From Escherichia coli (GTDB lineage: Bacteria; Pseudomonadota; Gammaproteobacteria; Enterobacterales; Enterobacteriaceae), in assembly GCF_003334385.1 (NCBI RefSeq), contig NZ_QOWN01000026.1: a stretch of 64,000 nucleotides of DNA. One strand, given 5' to 3'. A program made the position numbers and the translations under genes. Positions 46,833 to 60,088 of this stretch are shown piece by piece (within the stretch, counting starts at the first letter, position 1; each line of letters opens with the position of its first letter). The notes under the pieces are model-generated. The model was not told the origin of the DNA, did not search any database, and saw nothing but the letters and a program-made list of their open reading frames with translations.

Positions 46833-47239
46833 GCCAGCTCGTCTACTTCTCCAGCAGCTCCGAAAACACGCAGCGTTTTATCGAACGTTTAGGTCTGCCC
46901 GCGGTGCGCATCCCGCTCAATGAGCGGGAACGGATTCAGGTAGACGAGCCTTACATCCTGATCGTGCCCTCTTACGGCGGCGGCGGTACGGCTGGCGCGG
47001 TGCCACGACAGGTAATTCGCTTTTTAAACGACGAGCACAACCGGGCGTTGCTTCGCGGCGTTATTGCTTCTGGTAATCGCAACTTTGGTGAGGCGTATGG
47101 CCGCGCCGGAGATGTGATTGCCCGGAAATGCGGCGTGCCGTGGCTGTACCGTTTTGAACTCATGGGTACGCAAAGCGATATCGAAAACGTTCGTAAAGGA
47201 GTAACCGAATTTTGGCAACGACAACCGCAGAATGCCTGA
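46829..47239 (+). CDS. nrdI: Flavodoxin-like protein NrdI
   Basis: 136-aa ORF overlapping the nrdH stop by 4 bp. Confidence 0.95.
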
Positions 47240-49356
47240 CGCAGGAAACGATGGATTACCACGCGCTGAATGCGATGCTTAACCTCTACGATAGCGCAGG
47301 TCGCATTCAGTTCGATAAAGACCGCCAGGCCGTTGACGCCTTTATTGCGACGCATGTGCGTCCGAACAGTGTGACCTTCAGTAGCCAGCAGCAGCGCCTG
47401 AACTGGCTGGTCAACGAAGGTTACTATGATGAAAGCGTTCTTAATCGCTACTCTCGCGACTTTGTCATTACGCTGTTTGCCCACGCACACACCAGCGGTT
47501 TTCGTTTCCAGACATTCCTCGGGGCATGGAAGTTTTACACCAGCTATACGTTGAAGACATTCGACGGTAAACGTTATCTGGAAGATTTTGCCGATCGAGT
47601 AACGATGGTGGCGCTGACGCTGGCACAAGGCGATGAGACGCTGGCGTTGCAACTGACCGATGAAATGCTGTCAGGACGCTTTCAGCCAGCCACGCCAACA
47701 TTCCTCAACTGCGGTAAGCAGCAGCGCGGCGAACTGGTTTCCTGTTTTTTGCTGCGTATTGAAGACAATATGGAGTCGATTGGTCGGGCGGTAAATTCCG
47801 CACTGCAGCTGTCGAAACGCGGCGGCGGCGTAGCATTTTTGCTGTCGAATCTGCGAGAAGCGGGCGCGCCAATTAAACGTATTGAAAATCAATCTTCTGG
47901 CGTAATTCCGGTGATGAAAATGCTGGAAGACGCATTTTCCTATGCCAACCAACTCGGCGCTCGTCAGGGGGCTGGTGCAGTCTATTTACATGCTCATCAT
48001 CCCGATATTCTGCGTTTTCTCGACACGAAACGGGAAAATGCCGACGAAAAAATCCGCATTAAAACACTGTCGCTTGGCGTGGTGATCCCGGATATCACTT
48101 TCCATCTGGCAAAAGAGAATGCGCAGATGGCGCTGTTTTCGCCTTATGACGTAGAGCGAGTTTATGGCAAGCCGTTTGCCGATGTGGCCATCAGCCAACA
48201 CTATGACGAACTGGTTGCCGATGAACGCATTCGCAAAAAATACCTCAACGCCCGTGATTTCTTCCAGCGACTGGCAGAAATCCAGTTTGAGTCCGGCTAT
48301 CCCTACATCATGTATGAAGACACGGTAAACCGTGCTAACCCTATCGCCGGGCGCATAAATATGAGTAATCTCTGCTCAGAAATTTTGCAGGTTAACAGCG
48401 CCTCAGAGTATGACGAGAATCTCGACTATACCCGCACAGGCCATGATATTTCCTGCAATTTAGGTTCGTTGAATATTGCGCACACCATGGATTCCCCCGA
48501 TTTTGCCCGCACGGTAGAGACTGCCGTGCGCGGTTTAACGGCAGTATCAGATATGAGTCATATCCGCAGCGTGCCGTCCATCGAAGCCGGAAATGCCGCC
48601 TCGCACGCCATCGGACTGGGGCAGATGAATTTACACGGCTATCTGGCGCGAGAAGGCATCGCTTATGGTTCGCCGGAAGCACTGGATTTCACCAATCTCT
48701 ATTTCTATGCCATCACCTGGCATGCACTGCGTACCTCGATGTTGCTGGCACGCGAACGCGGTGAAACCTTCGCCGGGTTCAAACAGTCACGCTATGCCAG
48801 TGGTGAATATTTTAGCCAATATCTGCAAGGGAACTGGCAGCCGAAAACGGCGAAAGTTGGCGAACTGTTTACCCGTAGCGGTATTACGTTACCTACCCGT
48901 GAGATGTGGGCGCAGCTGCGCGACGACGTGATGCGCTACGGCATATACAACCAGAATCTTCAGGCGGTGCCGCCAACCGGTTCTATCTCTTATATCAACC
49001 ATGCTACGTCGAGTATTCATCCGATTGTGGCGAAAGTAGAGATACGCAAAGAGGGCAAAACAGGACGCGTTTACTACCCTGCCCCGTTTATGACTAACGA
49101 GAATCTGGCGCTGTATCAGGACGCTTACGAAATTGGCGCAGAAAAGATCATCGACACCTACGCGGAAGCGACTCGCCATGTCGATCAGGGGCTGTCGCTG
49201 ACGCTTTTTTTCCCCGATACCGCCACCACTCGCGATATCAACAAAGCGCAGATTTACGCCTGGCGCAAGGGTATCAAAACGCTCTATTACATCCGCCTGC
49301 GTCAGATGGCGCTGGAAGGCACTGAAATTGAAGGCTGCGTCTCCTGTGCACTTTAA
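47212..49356 (+). CDS. nrdE: Class Ib ribonucleotide reductase alpha subunit NrdE
   Basis: 714-aa ORF from a TTG start that overlaps the nrdI 3' end. Confidence 0.95.
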
Positions 49357-50325
<969 letters not shown>

Positions 50326-50583
50326 GGGTGTTATTTTCAAAAATATCACTACCCGCAGCAGGGAAATAATTCCCGCCAAATAGCTTTTTATCACGCAAAT
50401 AATTTGTGGTGATCTACACTGATACTCTGTTGCATTATTCGCCTGAAACCACAATATTCAGGCGTTTTTTCGCTATCTTTGACAAAAAATATCAACTTTC
50501 TCGATTTGCTCTCAGCCCTTATATCACGGGAAATTCCGGCGATTTGCTCGCATCAATATTCATGCCACATTTGCCATCAGGGG

Positions 50584-50611
50584 TTGCCTCAGATTCTCAG
50601 TATGTTAGGGT
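50584..50611 (+). promoter_or_regulatory. Candidate proU (proVWX) sigma70 promoter
   Basis: TTGCCT (50584-50589), 16-nt spacer, TAGGGT (50606-50611), ~70 nt upstream of proV. Confidence 0.6.
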
Positions 50612-50678
50612 AGAAAAAAGTGACTATTTCCATTGGGTAATATATCGACATAGACAAATAAAGGAATCTTTCTATTGC

Positions 50679-51881
50679 ATGGCAATTAAATTAGAAATTA
50701 AAAATCTTTATAAAATATTTGGCGAGCATCCACAGCGAGCGTTCAAATATATCGAACAAGGACTTTCAAAAGAACAAATTCTGGAAAAAACTGGGCTATC
50801 GCTTGGCGTAAAAGACGCCAGTCTGGCCATTGAAGAAGGCGAGATATTTGTCATCATGGGATTATCCGGCTCGGGTAAATCCACAATGGTACGCCTTCTC
50901 AATCGCCTGATTGAACCCACCCGCGGGCAAGTGCTGATTGATGGTGTGGATATTGCCAAAATATCCGACGCCGAACTCCGTGAGGTGCGCAGAAAAAAGA
51001 TTGCAATGGTCTTCCAGTCCTTTGCCTTAATGCCGCATATGACCGTGCTGGACAATACTGCGTTCGGTATGGAATTGGCCGGAATTAATGCCGAAGAACG
51101 CCGGGAAAAAGCCCTTGATGCACTGCGTCAGGTCGGGCTGGAAAATTATGCCCACAGCTACCCGGATGAACTCTCTGGCGGGATGCGTCAACGTGTGGGA
51201 TTAGCCCGCGCGTTAGCGATTAATCCGGATATATTATTAATGGACGAAGCCTTCTCGGCGCTCGATCCATTAATTCGCACCGAGATGCAGGATGAGCTGG
51301 TAAAATTACAGGCGAAACATCAGCGCACCATTGTCTTTATTTCCCACGATCTTGATGAAGCCATGCGTATTGGCGACCGAATTGCCATTATGCAAAATGG
51401 TGAAGTGGTACAGGTCGGCACACCGGATGAAATTCTCAATAATCCGGCGAATGATTATGTCCGTACCTTCTTCCGTGGCGTTGATATTAGTCAGGTATTC
51501 AGTGCGAAAGATATTGCCCGCCGGACACCGAATGGCTTAATTCGTAAAACCCCTGGCTTCGGCCCACGTTCGGCACTGAAATTATTGCAGGATGAAGATC
51601 GCGAATATGGCTACGTTATCGAACGCGGTAATAAGTTTGTCGGCGCAGTCTCCATCGATTCGCTTAAAACCGCGTTAACGCAGCAGCAAGGTCTTGATGC
51701 GGCGCTGATTGATGCGCCGTTAGCAGTCGATGCACAAACGCCTCTTAGCGAGTTGCTCTCTCATGTCGGACAGGCACCCTGTGCGGTGCCCGTGGTCGAC
51801 GAGGACCAACAGTATGTCGGCATCATTTCGAAAGGAATGCTGCTGCGCGCTTTAGATCGTGAGGGGGTAAATAATGGCTGA
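50679..51881 (+). CDS. proV: Glycine betaine/proline ABC transporter ATPase ProV
   Basis: 400-aa ORF from [14 protein letters not shown] with Walker [10 protein letters not shown], signature LSGGMRQR and C-terminal CBS domains; the track ORF has a 91-codon upstream extension. Confidence 0.95.
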   Translation: MAIKLEIKNLYKIFGEHPQRAFKYIEQGLSKEQILEKTGLSLGVKDASLAIEEGEIFVIMGLSGSGKSTMVRLLNRLIEPTRGQVLIDGVDIAKISDAELREVRRKKIAMVFQSFALMPHMTVLDNTAFGMELAGINAEERREKALDALRQVGLENYAHSYPDELSGGMRQRVGLARALAINPDILLMDEAFSALDPLIRTEMQDELVKLQAKHQRTIVFISHDLDEAMRIGDRIAIMQNGEVVQVGTPDEILNNPANDYVRTFFRGVDISQVFSAKDIARRTPNGLIRKTPGFGPRSALKLLQDEDREYGYVIERGNKFVGAVSIDSLKTALTQQQGLDAALIDAPLAVDAQTPLSELLSHVGQAPCAVPVVDEDQQYVGIISKGMLLRALDREGVNNG

Positions 51882-52938
51882 TCAAAATAATCCGTGGGAT
51901 ACCACGCCAGCGGCGGACAGTGCCGCGCAATCCGCAGACGCCTGGGGTACACCGACGACTGCACCGACTGACGGCGGTGGTGCTGACTGGCTGACCAGTA
52001 CGCCTGCGCCAAACGTCGAGCATTTTAATATTCTCGATCCGTTCCATAAAACGCTGATCCCGCTCGACAGTTGGGTCACTGAAGGGATCGACTGGGTCGT
52101 TACCCATTTCCGTCCCGTCTTCCAGGGCGTGCGCGTTCCGGTTGATTATATCCTCAACGGTTTCCAGCAATTGCTGCTGGGTATGCCCGCACCGGTGGCG
52201 ATTATCGTTTTCGCTCTCATCGCCTGGCAGATTTCCGGGATCGGAATGGGTGTGGCGACGCTGGTTTCGCTGATTGCCATCGGCGCAATCGGTGCCTGGT
52301 CGCAGGCAATGGTGACTCTGGCGCTGGTGTTAACCGCCCTGCTGTTCTGTATCGTCATCGGTTTGCCGTTGGGGATATGGCTGGCGAGAAGTCCGCGAGC
52401 GGCGAAAATTATTCGTCCACTGCTTGATGCCATGCAGACCACGCCAGCGTTTGTTTATCTGGTGCCAATCGTCATGCTATTTGGTATCGGTAACGTGCCG
52501 GGCGTGGTGGTGACGATCATCTTTGCTCTGCCGCCGATTATCCGTCTGACCATTCTGGGGATTAACCAGGTTCCGGCGGATCTGATTGAAGCCTCGCGCT
52601 CATTCGGTGCCAGCCCGCGCCAGATGCTGTTCAAAGTTCAGTTACCGCTGGCGATGCCGACCATTATGGCGGGCGTTAACCAGACGCTGATGCTGGCCCT
52701 TTCTATGGTGGTCATCGCCTCGATGATTGCCGTCGGCGGGTTGGGTCAGATGGTACTTCGCGGTATCGGTCGTCTGGATATGGGGCTTGCCACCGTTGGC
52801 GGCGTCGGGATTGTGATCCTCGCCATTATCCTCGATCGTCTGACGCAGGCCGTTGGGCGCGACTCACGCAGTCGCGGCAACCGTCGCTGGTACACCACTG
52901 GCCCTGTTGGTCTGCTGACCCGCCCATTCATTAAGTAA
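51874..52938 (+). CDS. proW: Glycine betaine/proline ABC transporter permease ProW
   Basis: 354-aa multi-TM ORF overlapping the proV stop by 8 bp. Confidence 0.95.
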   Translation: MADQNNPWDTTPAADSAAQSADAWGTPTTAPTDGGGADWLTSTPAPNVEHFNILDPFHKTLIPLDSWVTEGIDWVVTHFRPVFQGVRVPVDYILNGFQQLLLGMPAPVAIIVFALIAWQISGIGMGVATLVSLIAIGAIGAWSQAMVTLALVLTALLFCIVIGLPLGIWLARSPRAAKIIRPLLDAMQTTPAFVYLVPIVMLFGIGNVPGVVVTIIFALPPIIRLTILGINQVPADLIEASRSFGASPRQMLFKVQLPLAMPTIMAGVNQTLMLALSMVVIASMIAVGGLGQMVLRGIGRLDMGLATVGGVGIVILAIILDRLTQAVGRDSRSRGNRRWYTTGPVGLLTRPFIK

Positions 52939-52995
52939 CTCTGCACTTGCCCGGTGACGCCGGGCATTATCACCCTGCCAAAAAAAGGAATAACA

Positions 52996-53988
52996 ATGCG
53001 ACATAGCGTACTTTTTGCGACAGCGTTTGCCACGCTTATCTCTACACAAACTTTTGCTGCCGATCTGCCGGGCAAAGGCATTACTGTTAATCCAGTTCAG
53101 AGCACCATCACTGAAGAAACCTTCCAGACGCTGCTGGTCAGTCGTGCGCTGGAGAAATTAGGTTATACCGTCAACAAACCCAGCGAAGTAGATTACAACG
53201 TTGGCTACACCTCGCTTGCTTCCGGCGATGCAACCTTCACCGCCGTGAACTGGACGCCACTGCATGACAACATGTACGAAGCTGCCGGTGGCGATAAGAA
53301 ATTTTATCGTGAAGGGGTATTTGTTAACGGCGCGGCACAGGGTTACCTGATCGATAAGAAAACCGCCGACCAGTACAAAATCACCAACATCGCACAACTG
53401 AAAGATCCGAAGATCGCCAAACTGTTCGATACCAACGGCGACGGAAAAGCGGATTTAACCGGTTGTAACCCTGGCTGGGGCTGCGAAGGTGCGATCAACC
53501 ACCAGCTTGCCGCGTATGAACTGACCAACACCGTGACGCATAATCAGGGGAACTACGCAGCGATGATGGCCGACACCATCAGTCGCTACAAAGAGGGCAA
53601 ACCGGTGTTTTATTACACCTGGACGCCGTACTGGGTGAGTAACGAACTGAAGCCGGGCAAAGATGTCGTCTGGTTGCAGGTGCCGTTCTCCGCACTGCCG
53701 GGCGATAAAAACGCCGATACCAAACTGCCGAATGGTGCGAATTATGGCTTCCCGGTCAGCACCATGCATATCGTTGCCAACAAAGCCTGGGCCGAGAAAA
53801 ACCCGGCAGCAGCGAAACTGTTTGCCATTATGCAGTTGCCAGTGGCAGATATTAACGCCCAGAACGCCATTATGCATGACGGCAAAGCCTCAGAAGGCGA
53901 TATTCAGGGACACGTTGATGGTTGGATCAAAGCCCACCAGCAGCAGTTCGATGGCTGGGTGAATGAGGCGCTGGCAGCGCAGAAGTAA
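52996..53988 (+). CDS. proX: Glycine betaine-binding periplasmic protein ProX
   Basis: 330-aa ORF from [26 protein letters not shown] (signal peptide); the track start is 14 codons upstream. Confidence 0.95.
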
Positions 53989-53996
53989 TTTTTATT

Positions 53997-54078
53997 CGGG
54001 CGGATAAGGCGTTTTTGCCGCATCCGCCGTTCTGTGCACAATGCCTGATGCGACGCTGGCGCGTCTTATCATGCCTAC
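53997..54078. repeat. REP/BIME elements downstream of proX
   Basis: Two REP units (CGGGCGGATAAGGCGTTTTTGCCGCATCCGCC and GCCTGATGCGACGCTGGCGCGTCTTATCATGCCTAC). Confidence 0.8.
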
Positions 54079-54179
54079 AAACCACATCGCACATTTCAAC
54101 AATCTATCTTTCATCCCATATTCATCAACATCCGCTATTATTGATTTCCAGCTTAATCATCACCTGATGAACAAAAATA

Positions 54180-55364
54180 ATGACTAAACCTAATCATGAG
54201 CTTAGCCCGGCGCTGATCGTGCTGATGTCTATCGCCACCGGTCTGGCGGTAGCCAGTAACTATTACGCCCAGCCATTGCTCGACACCATCGCGCGTAACT
54301 TTTCCCTTTCCGCCAGTTCGGCAGGCTTTATTGTTACCGCCGCGCAGTTGGGCTATGCCGCAGGTCTACTGTTTCTTGTTCCCCTCGGTGATATGTTTGA
54401 ACGCCGCCGCCTGATTGTCTCGATGACCTTACTGGCGGCATGCGGCATGTTGATTACCGCCAGCAGTCAGTCGCTGGCGATGATGATCCTCGGTACGGCA
54501 TTAACCGGTTTATTCTCAGTCGTGGCACAAATTCTGGTTCCGCTGGCAGCGACGCTGGCTTCACCGGATAAACGCGGCAAAGTGGTTGGCACTATTATGA
54601 GCGGTCTGCTGTTGGGGATCTTGCTGGCACGGACAGTTGCCGGATTGCTGGCGAATCTCGGCGGCTGGCGCACCGTCTTTTGGGTTGCTTCGGTGTTAAT
54701 GGCACTGATGGCGCTGGCATTATGGCGTGGTCTGCCACAAATGAAATCAGAAACCCACCTCAACTACCCACAGTTGTTGGGTTCCGTTTTCAGTATGTTT
54801 ATCAGCGATAAAATTCTGCGTACCCGCGCGTTGCTGGGCTGCCTGACCTTTGCCAATTTCAGCATTCTCTGGACCTCAATGGCCTTTTTGCTTGCCGCTC
54901 CACCTTTTAACTACAGCGATGGTGTCATTGGTCTGTTTGGACTTGCGGGAGCTGCCGGAGCGTTGGGCGCTCGTCCGGCGGGCGGTTTTGCCGATAAGGG
55001 CAAATCGCACCACACCACAACTTTCGGTCTGCTGCTGCTATTACTTTCATGGCTGGCGATCTGGTTTGGTCACACTTCCGTACTGGCGTTGATTATCGGA
55101 ATCCTGGTGCTGGATCTCACCGTGCAGGGCGTGCATATCACTAACCAGACGGTAATTTATCGGATACATCCTGATGCGCGCAATCGCCTGACCGCAGGTT
55201 ACATGACTAGCTACTTTATTGGCGGTGCCGCCGGTTCGCTAATTTCAGCCTCAGCCTGGCAACATGGCGGTTGGGCTGGCGTTTGTCTGGCTGGCGCGAC
55301 GATTGCCCTGGTTAACTTACTGGTCTGGTGGCGAGGTTTTCATCGTCAGGAAGCCGCAAATTAA
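54180..55364 (+). CDS. ygaY: MFS-family transporter YgaY (12-TM), intact
   Basis: Uninterrupted 394-aa ORF with TM-rich composition. Confidence 0.8.
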   Translation: MTKPNHELSPALIVLMSIATGLAVASNYYAQPLLDTIARNFSLSASSAGFIVTAAQLGYAAGLLFLVPLGDMFERRRLIVSMTLLAACGMLITASSQSLAMMILGTALTGLFSVVAQILVPLAATLASPDKRGKVVGTIMSGLLLGILLARTVAGLLANLGGWRTVFWVASVLMALMALALWRGLPQMKSETHLNYPQLLGSVFSMFISDKILRTRALLGCLTFANFSILWTSMAFLLAAPPFNYSDGVIGLFGLAGAAGALGARPAGGFADKGKSHHTTTFGLLLLLLSWLAIWFGHTSVLALIIGILVLDLTVQGVHITNQTVIYRIHPDARNRLTAGYMTSYFIGGAAGSLISASAWQHGGWAGVCLAGATIALVNLLVWWRGFHRQEAAN

Positions 55365-55487
55365 GCAATCAGCAACCGTTTTCGTGGCTTTACACTTATA
55401 AGGGTGTTAAGAAGCCCATCAGTCTGATAAGGTTAAGATATTCATTCAGTCTATTTATAATATTAACAATCGTTAAGCGTACACTCT

Positions 55488-56225
55488 ATGGAAAGCCCTA
55501 CTCCACAGCCTGCTCCTGGTTCGGCGACCTTCATGGAAGGATGCAAAGACAGTTTACCGATTGTTATTAGTTATATTCCGGTGGCCTTTGCGTTCGGTCT
55601 GAATGCGACCCGTCTGGGATTCTCTCCTCTCGAAAGCGTTTTTTTCTCCTGCATCATTTATGCAGGCGCGAGCCAGTTCGTCATTACCGCGATGCTGGCA
55701 GCCGGGAGTAGTTTGTGGATTGCTGCACTGACCGTCATGGCAATGGATGTTCGCCATGTGTTGTATGGCCCGTCACTGCGTAGCCGTATTATTCAGCGTC
55801 TGCAAAAATCGAAAACCGCCCTGTGGGCGTTTGGCCTGACGGATGAGGTTTTTGCCGCCGCAACCGCAAAACTGGTACGCAATAATCGCCGCTGGAGCGA
55901 GAACTGGATGATCGGCATTGCCTTCAGTTCATGGTCATCGTGGGTATTTGGTACGGTAATAGGGGCATTCTCCGGCAGCGGCTTGCTGCAAGGTTATCCC
56001 GCCGTTGAAGCTGCATTAGGTTTTATGCTTCCGGCACTCTTTATGAGTTTCCTGCTCGCCTCTTTCCAGCGCAAACAATCTCTTTGCGTTACCGCAGCGT
56101 TAGTTGGTGCCCTTGCAGGCGTAACGCTATTTTCTATTCCCGTCGCCATTCTGGCAGGCATTGTCTGTGGCTGCCTCACTGCGTTAATCCAGGCATTCTG
56201 GCAAGGAGCGCCCGATGAGCTATGA
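55488..56225 (+). CDS. ygaZ: AzlC-family branched-chain amino-acid exporter subunit YgaZ
   Basis: 245-aa membrane ORF overlapping ygaH by 11 bp. Confidence 0.9.
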
Positions 56226-56550
56226 GGTTCTGCTGCTTGGGTTACTAGTTGGCGTGGCGAATTATTGCTTCCGCTATTTGCCGCTGCGCCTGCGTGTGGG
56301 TAATGCCCGCCCAACCAAACGTGGCGCGGTAGGTATTTTGCTCGACACCATTGGCATCGCCTCGATATGCGCTCTGCTGGTTGTCTCTACCGCACCAGAA
56401 GTGATGCACGATACACGCCGTTTCGTGCCCACGCTGGTCGGCTTCGCGGTACTGGGTGCCAGTTTCTATAAAACACGCAGCATTATCATCCCAACACTGC
56501 TTAGTGCGCTGGCCTATGGGCTCGCCTGGAAAGTGATGGCGATTATATAA
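56215..56550 (+). CDS. ygaH: AzlD-family exporter subunit YgaH
   Basis: 111-aa membrane ORF. Confidence 0.9.
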
Positions 56551-56640
56551 CCCACAAGAATCATTTTTCTAAAACAATACATTTACTTTATTTGTCACTG
56601 TCGTTACTATATCGGCTGAAATTAATGAGGTCATACCCAA

Positions 56641-57171
56641 ATGGATAGTTCGTTTACGCCCATTGAACAAATGCTAAAATTTCGCGCCAGCCGCCACGAA
56701 GATTTTCCTTATCAGGAGATCCTTCTGACTCGTCTTTGCATGCACATGCAAAGCAAGCTGCTGGAGAACCGCAATAAAATGCTGAAGGCTCAGGGGATTA
56801 ACGAGACGTTGTTTATGGCGTTGATTACGCTGGAGTCTCAGGAAAACCACAGTATTCAGCCTTCTGAATTAAGTTGTGCTCTTGGATCATCCCGTACCAA
56901 CGCGACGCGTATTGCCGATGAACTGGAAAAACGCGGTTGGATCGAACGTCGTGAAAGCGATAACGATCGCCGCTGCCTGCATCTGCAATTAACGGAAAAA
57001 GGTCACGAGTTTTTGCGCGAGGTTTTACCACCGCAGCATAACTGCCTGCATCAACTCTGGTCCGCGCTCAGCACAACAGAAAAAGATCAGCTCGAGCAAA
57101 TCACCCGCAAATTGCTCTCCCGTCTCGACCAGATGGAACAAGACGGTGTGGTTCTCGAAGCGATGAGCTAA
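56641..57171 (+). CDS. mprA: MarR-family repressor MprA (EmrR)
   Basis: 176-aa ORF upstream of emrAB. Confidence 0.95.
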
Positions 57172-57297
57172 CGCGTCATCTCGCTCAAAAATCCAGATTT
57201 ATAAAAGAAAAAATGACTGGCCAGCATCGCAACATGCTGGCCTTTTTGGCAAGCAGGTCGGCTCAGCCGATGAGTTAAGAAGATCGTGGAGAACAAT

Positions 57298-58470
57298 ATG
57301 AGCGCAAATGCGGAGACTCAAACCCCGCAGCAACCGGTAAAGAAGAGCGGCAAACGTAAGCGTCTGCTCCTCCTTCTCACCTTGCTCTTTATAATTATTG
57401 CCGTAGCGATAGGGATTTATTGGTTTTTGGTACTGCGTCACTTCGAAGAAACCGATGACGCATACGTGGCAGGGAATCAAATTCAAATTATGTCTCAGGT
57501 GTCTGGCAGCGTGACGAAAGTCTGGGCCGATAACACCGATTTTGTAAAAGAAGGCGACGTGCTGGTCACTCTCGACCCGACAGATGCTCGCCAGGCGTTT
57601 GAAAAAGCCAAAACTGCACTGGCTTCCAGCGTTCGCCAAACCCACCAGCTGATGATTAACAGCAAGCAGTTGCAGGCGAATATTGAGGTGCAGAAAATCG
57701 CCCTCGCGAAAGCACAAAGCGACTACAACCGCCGTGTGCCGCTGGGCAATGCCAACCTGATTGGTCGCGAAGAGCTGCAACACGCCCGCGACGCCGTCAC
57801 CAGTGCCCAGGCGCAACTGGACGTCGCGATTCAACAATACAATGCCAATCAGGCGATGATTCTGGGGACTAAACTGGAAGATCAGCCAGCCGTGCAACAG
57901 GCTGCCACCGAAGTACGTAACGCCTGGCTGGCGCTGGAGCGTACTCGTATTATCAGTCCGATGACCGGTTATGTCTCCCGCCGCGCGGTACAGCCTGGGG
58001 CGCAAATTAGCCCAACGACGCCGCTGATGGCGGTCGTTCCAGCCACCAATATGTGGGTGGATGCCAACTTTAAAGAGACGCAGATTGCCAATATGCGTAT
58101 CGGTCAGCCGGTCACTATCACCACGGATATTTACGGCGATGATGTGAAATACACCGGTAAAGTGGTTGGTCTGGATATGGGCACAGGTAGCGCGTTCTCA
58201 CTGCTTCCAGCGCAAAATGCGACCGGTAACTGGATCAAAGTCGTTCAGCGTCTGCCTGTGCGTATCGAACTGGACCAGAAACAGCTGGAGCAATATCCGC
58301 TGCGTATCGGTTTGTCCACGCTGGTGAGCGTCAATACCACTAACCGTGACGGTCAGGTACTGGCAAATAAAGTACGTTCCACTCCGGTAGCGGTAAGCAC
58401 CGCGCGTGAAATCAGCCTGGCACCTGTCAATAAACTGATCGACGATATCGTAAAAGCTAACGCTGGCTAA
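57298..58470 (+). CDS. emrA: Multidrug efflux membrane fusion protein EmrA
   Basis: 390-aa ORF from MSANAETQTPQQPVKKSGKRKR with single TM and coiled coil; track start is 4 codons upstream. Confidence 0.95.
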   Translation: MSANAETQTPQQPVKKSGKRKRLLLLLTLLFIIIAVAIGIYWFLVLRHFEETDDAYVAGNQIQIMSQVSGSVTKVWADNTDFVKEGDVLVTLDPTDARQAFEKAKTALASSVRQTHQLMINSKQLQANIEVQKIALAKAQSDYNRRVPLGNANLIGREELQHARDAVTSAQAQLDVAIQQYNANQAMILGTKLEDQPAVQQAATEVRNAWLALERTRIISPMTGYVSRRAVQPGAQISPTTPLMAVVPATNMWVDANFKETQIANMRIGQPVTITTDIYGDDVKYTGKVVGLDMGTGSAFSLLPAQNATGNWIKVVQRLPVRIELDQKQLEQYPLRIGLSTLVSVNTTNRDGQVLANKVRSTPVAVSTAREISLAPVNKLIDDIVKANAG

Positions 58471-58486
58471 TCCAGAGGTGCGTGTG

Positions 58487-60025
58487 ATGCAACAGCAAAA
58501 ACCGCTGGAAGGCGCGCAACTGGTCATTATGACGATTGCGCTGTCACTGGCGACATTCATGCAGGTGCTGGACTCCACCATTGCTAACGTGGCGATCCCC
58601 ACTATCGCCGGGAATCTGGGCTCATCGCTCAGCCAGGGAACGTGGGTAATCACTTCTTTCGGGGTGGCGAATGCCATCTCGATCCCGCTTACCGGCTGGC
58701 TGGCAAAGCGCGTCGGGGAAGTGAAACTGTTCCTTTGGTCCACCATCGCCTTTGCTATTGCGTCGTGGGCGTGTGGTGTCTCCAGCAGCCTGAATATGCT
58801 GATCTTCTTCCGCGTGATTCAGGGGATTGTCGCCGGGCCGTTGATCCCGCTTTCGCAAAGTCTATTGCTGAATAACTACCCGCCAGCCAAACGCTCGATC
58901 GCGCTGGCGTTGTGGTCGATGACGGTGATTGTCGCGCCAATTTGCGGCCCGATCCTCGGCGGTTATATCAGCGATAATTACCACTGGGGCTGGATATTCT
59001 TCATCAACGTGCCGATTGGCGTGGCGGTGGTGTTGATGACACTGCAAACTCTGCGCGGACGTGAAACCCGCACCGAACGGCGGCGGATTGATGCCGTGGG
59101 GCTGGCACTGCTGGTTATTGGTATCGGCAGCCTGCAGATTATGCTCGACCGCGGTAAAGAGCTGGACTGGTTTTCATCACAGGAAATTATCATCCTTACC
59201 GTGGTGGCGGTGGTGGCTATCTGCTTCCTGATTGTCTGGGAGCTGACCGACGATAACCCGATAGTCGATCTGTCGTTGTTTAAGTCGCGCAACTTCACCA
59301 TCGGCTGCTTGTGTATCAGCCTCGCGTATATGCTCTACTTCGGCGCTATTGTTCTGCTGCCGCAGTTGTTGCAGGAGGTCTACGGTTACACGGCGACCTG
59401 GGCAGGTTTGGCCTCTGCGCCGGTAGGGATTATTCCGGTGATCCTGTCGCCGATTATCGGCCGCTTCGCGCATAAACTGGATATGCGGCGGCTGGTAACC
59501 TTCAGCTTTATTATGTATGCCGTCTGCTTCTACTGGCGTGCCTATACCTTTGAACCAGGTATGGATTTTGGCGCGTCGGCCTGGCCGCAGTTTATCCAGG
59601 GGTTTGCGGTGGCCTGCTTCTTTATGCCGCTGACCACCATTACGCTGTCTGGTTTGCCACCGGAACGACTGGCGGCGGCATCGAGCCTCTCTAACTTTAC
59701 GCGAACGCTGGCGGGGTCTATCGGCACGTCGATAACCACGACCATGTGGACCAACCGCGAGTCAATGCACCATGCGCAGTTGACTGAGTCGGTAAACCCG
59801 TTCAACCCGAATGCCCAGGCGATGTACAGTCAACTGGAAGGGCTTGGGATGACGCAACAGCAGGCATCAGGCTGGATTGCCCAGCAGATCACCAATCAGG
59901 GGCTGATTATTTCCGCCAATGAGATCTTCTGGATGTCAGCCGGGATATTCCTCATCCTGCTGGGGCTGGTGTGGTTTGCTAAACCGCCATTTGGCGCAGG
60001 TGGCGGCGGAGGCGGTGCGCACTAA
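58487..60025 (+). CDS. emrB: Multidrug efflux MFS transporter EmrB (14-TM)
   Basis: 512-aa ORF from MQQQKPLEGAQLVIMTIALSLATF; the track starts at GTG 58478. Confidence 0.95.
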   Translation: MQQQKPLEGAQLVIMTIALSLATFMQVLDSTIANVAIPTIAGNLGSSLSQGTWVITSFGVANAISIPLTGWLAKRVGEVKLFLWSTIAFAIASWACGVSSSLNMLIFFRVIQGIVAGPLIPLSQSLLLNNYPPAKRSIALALWSMTVIVAPICGPILGGYISDNYHWGWIFFINVPIGVAVVLMTLQTLRGRETRTERRRIDAVGLALLVIGIGSLQIMLDRGKELDWFSSQEIIILTVVAVVAICFLIVWELTDDNPIVDLSLFKSRNFTIGCLCISLAYMLYFGAIVLLPQLLQEVYGYTATWAGLASAPVGIIPVILSPIIGRFAHKLDMRRLVTFSFIMYAVCFYWRAYTFEPGMDFGASAWPQFIQGFAVACFFMPLTTITLSGLPPERLAAASSLSNFTRTLAGSIGTSITTTMWTNRESMHHAQLTESVNPFNPNAQAMYSQLEGLGMTQQQASGWIAQQITNQGLIISANEIFWMSAGIFLILLGLVWFAKPPFGAGGGGGGAH

Positions 60026-60033
60026 GTACAACT

Positions 60034-60062
60034 AAGCCAGTTCATTTGAACTGGCTTTTTTC
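60034..60062 (+). terminator. Rho-independent terminator after emrB
   Basis: Hairpin AAGCCAGTTCATTTGAACTGGCTT followed by TTTTTT. Confidence 0.75.
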
Positions 60063-60088
60063 AATTAATTGTGAAGATAGTTTACTGA

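Noticed and set aside
46972-47652. 226-aa minus-strand ORF
   Set aside because: Antisense to the nrdI-nrdE junction.
50406-50678. Upstream 91-codon extension of proV in the track ORF
   Set aside because: The extension covers the proU promoter region (TTGCCT...TAGGGT), and the ABC-ATPase N-terminus begins at MAIKLEIKN.
57199-58746. 268-aa and 182-aa minus-strand ORFs
   Set aside because: Antisense to emrA and emrB.
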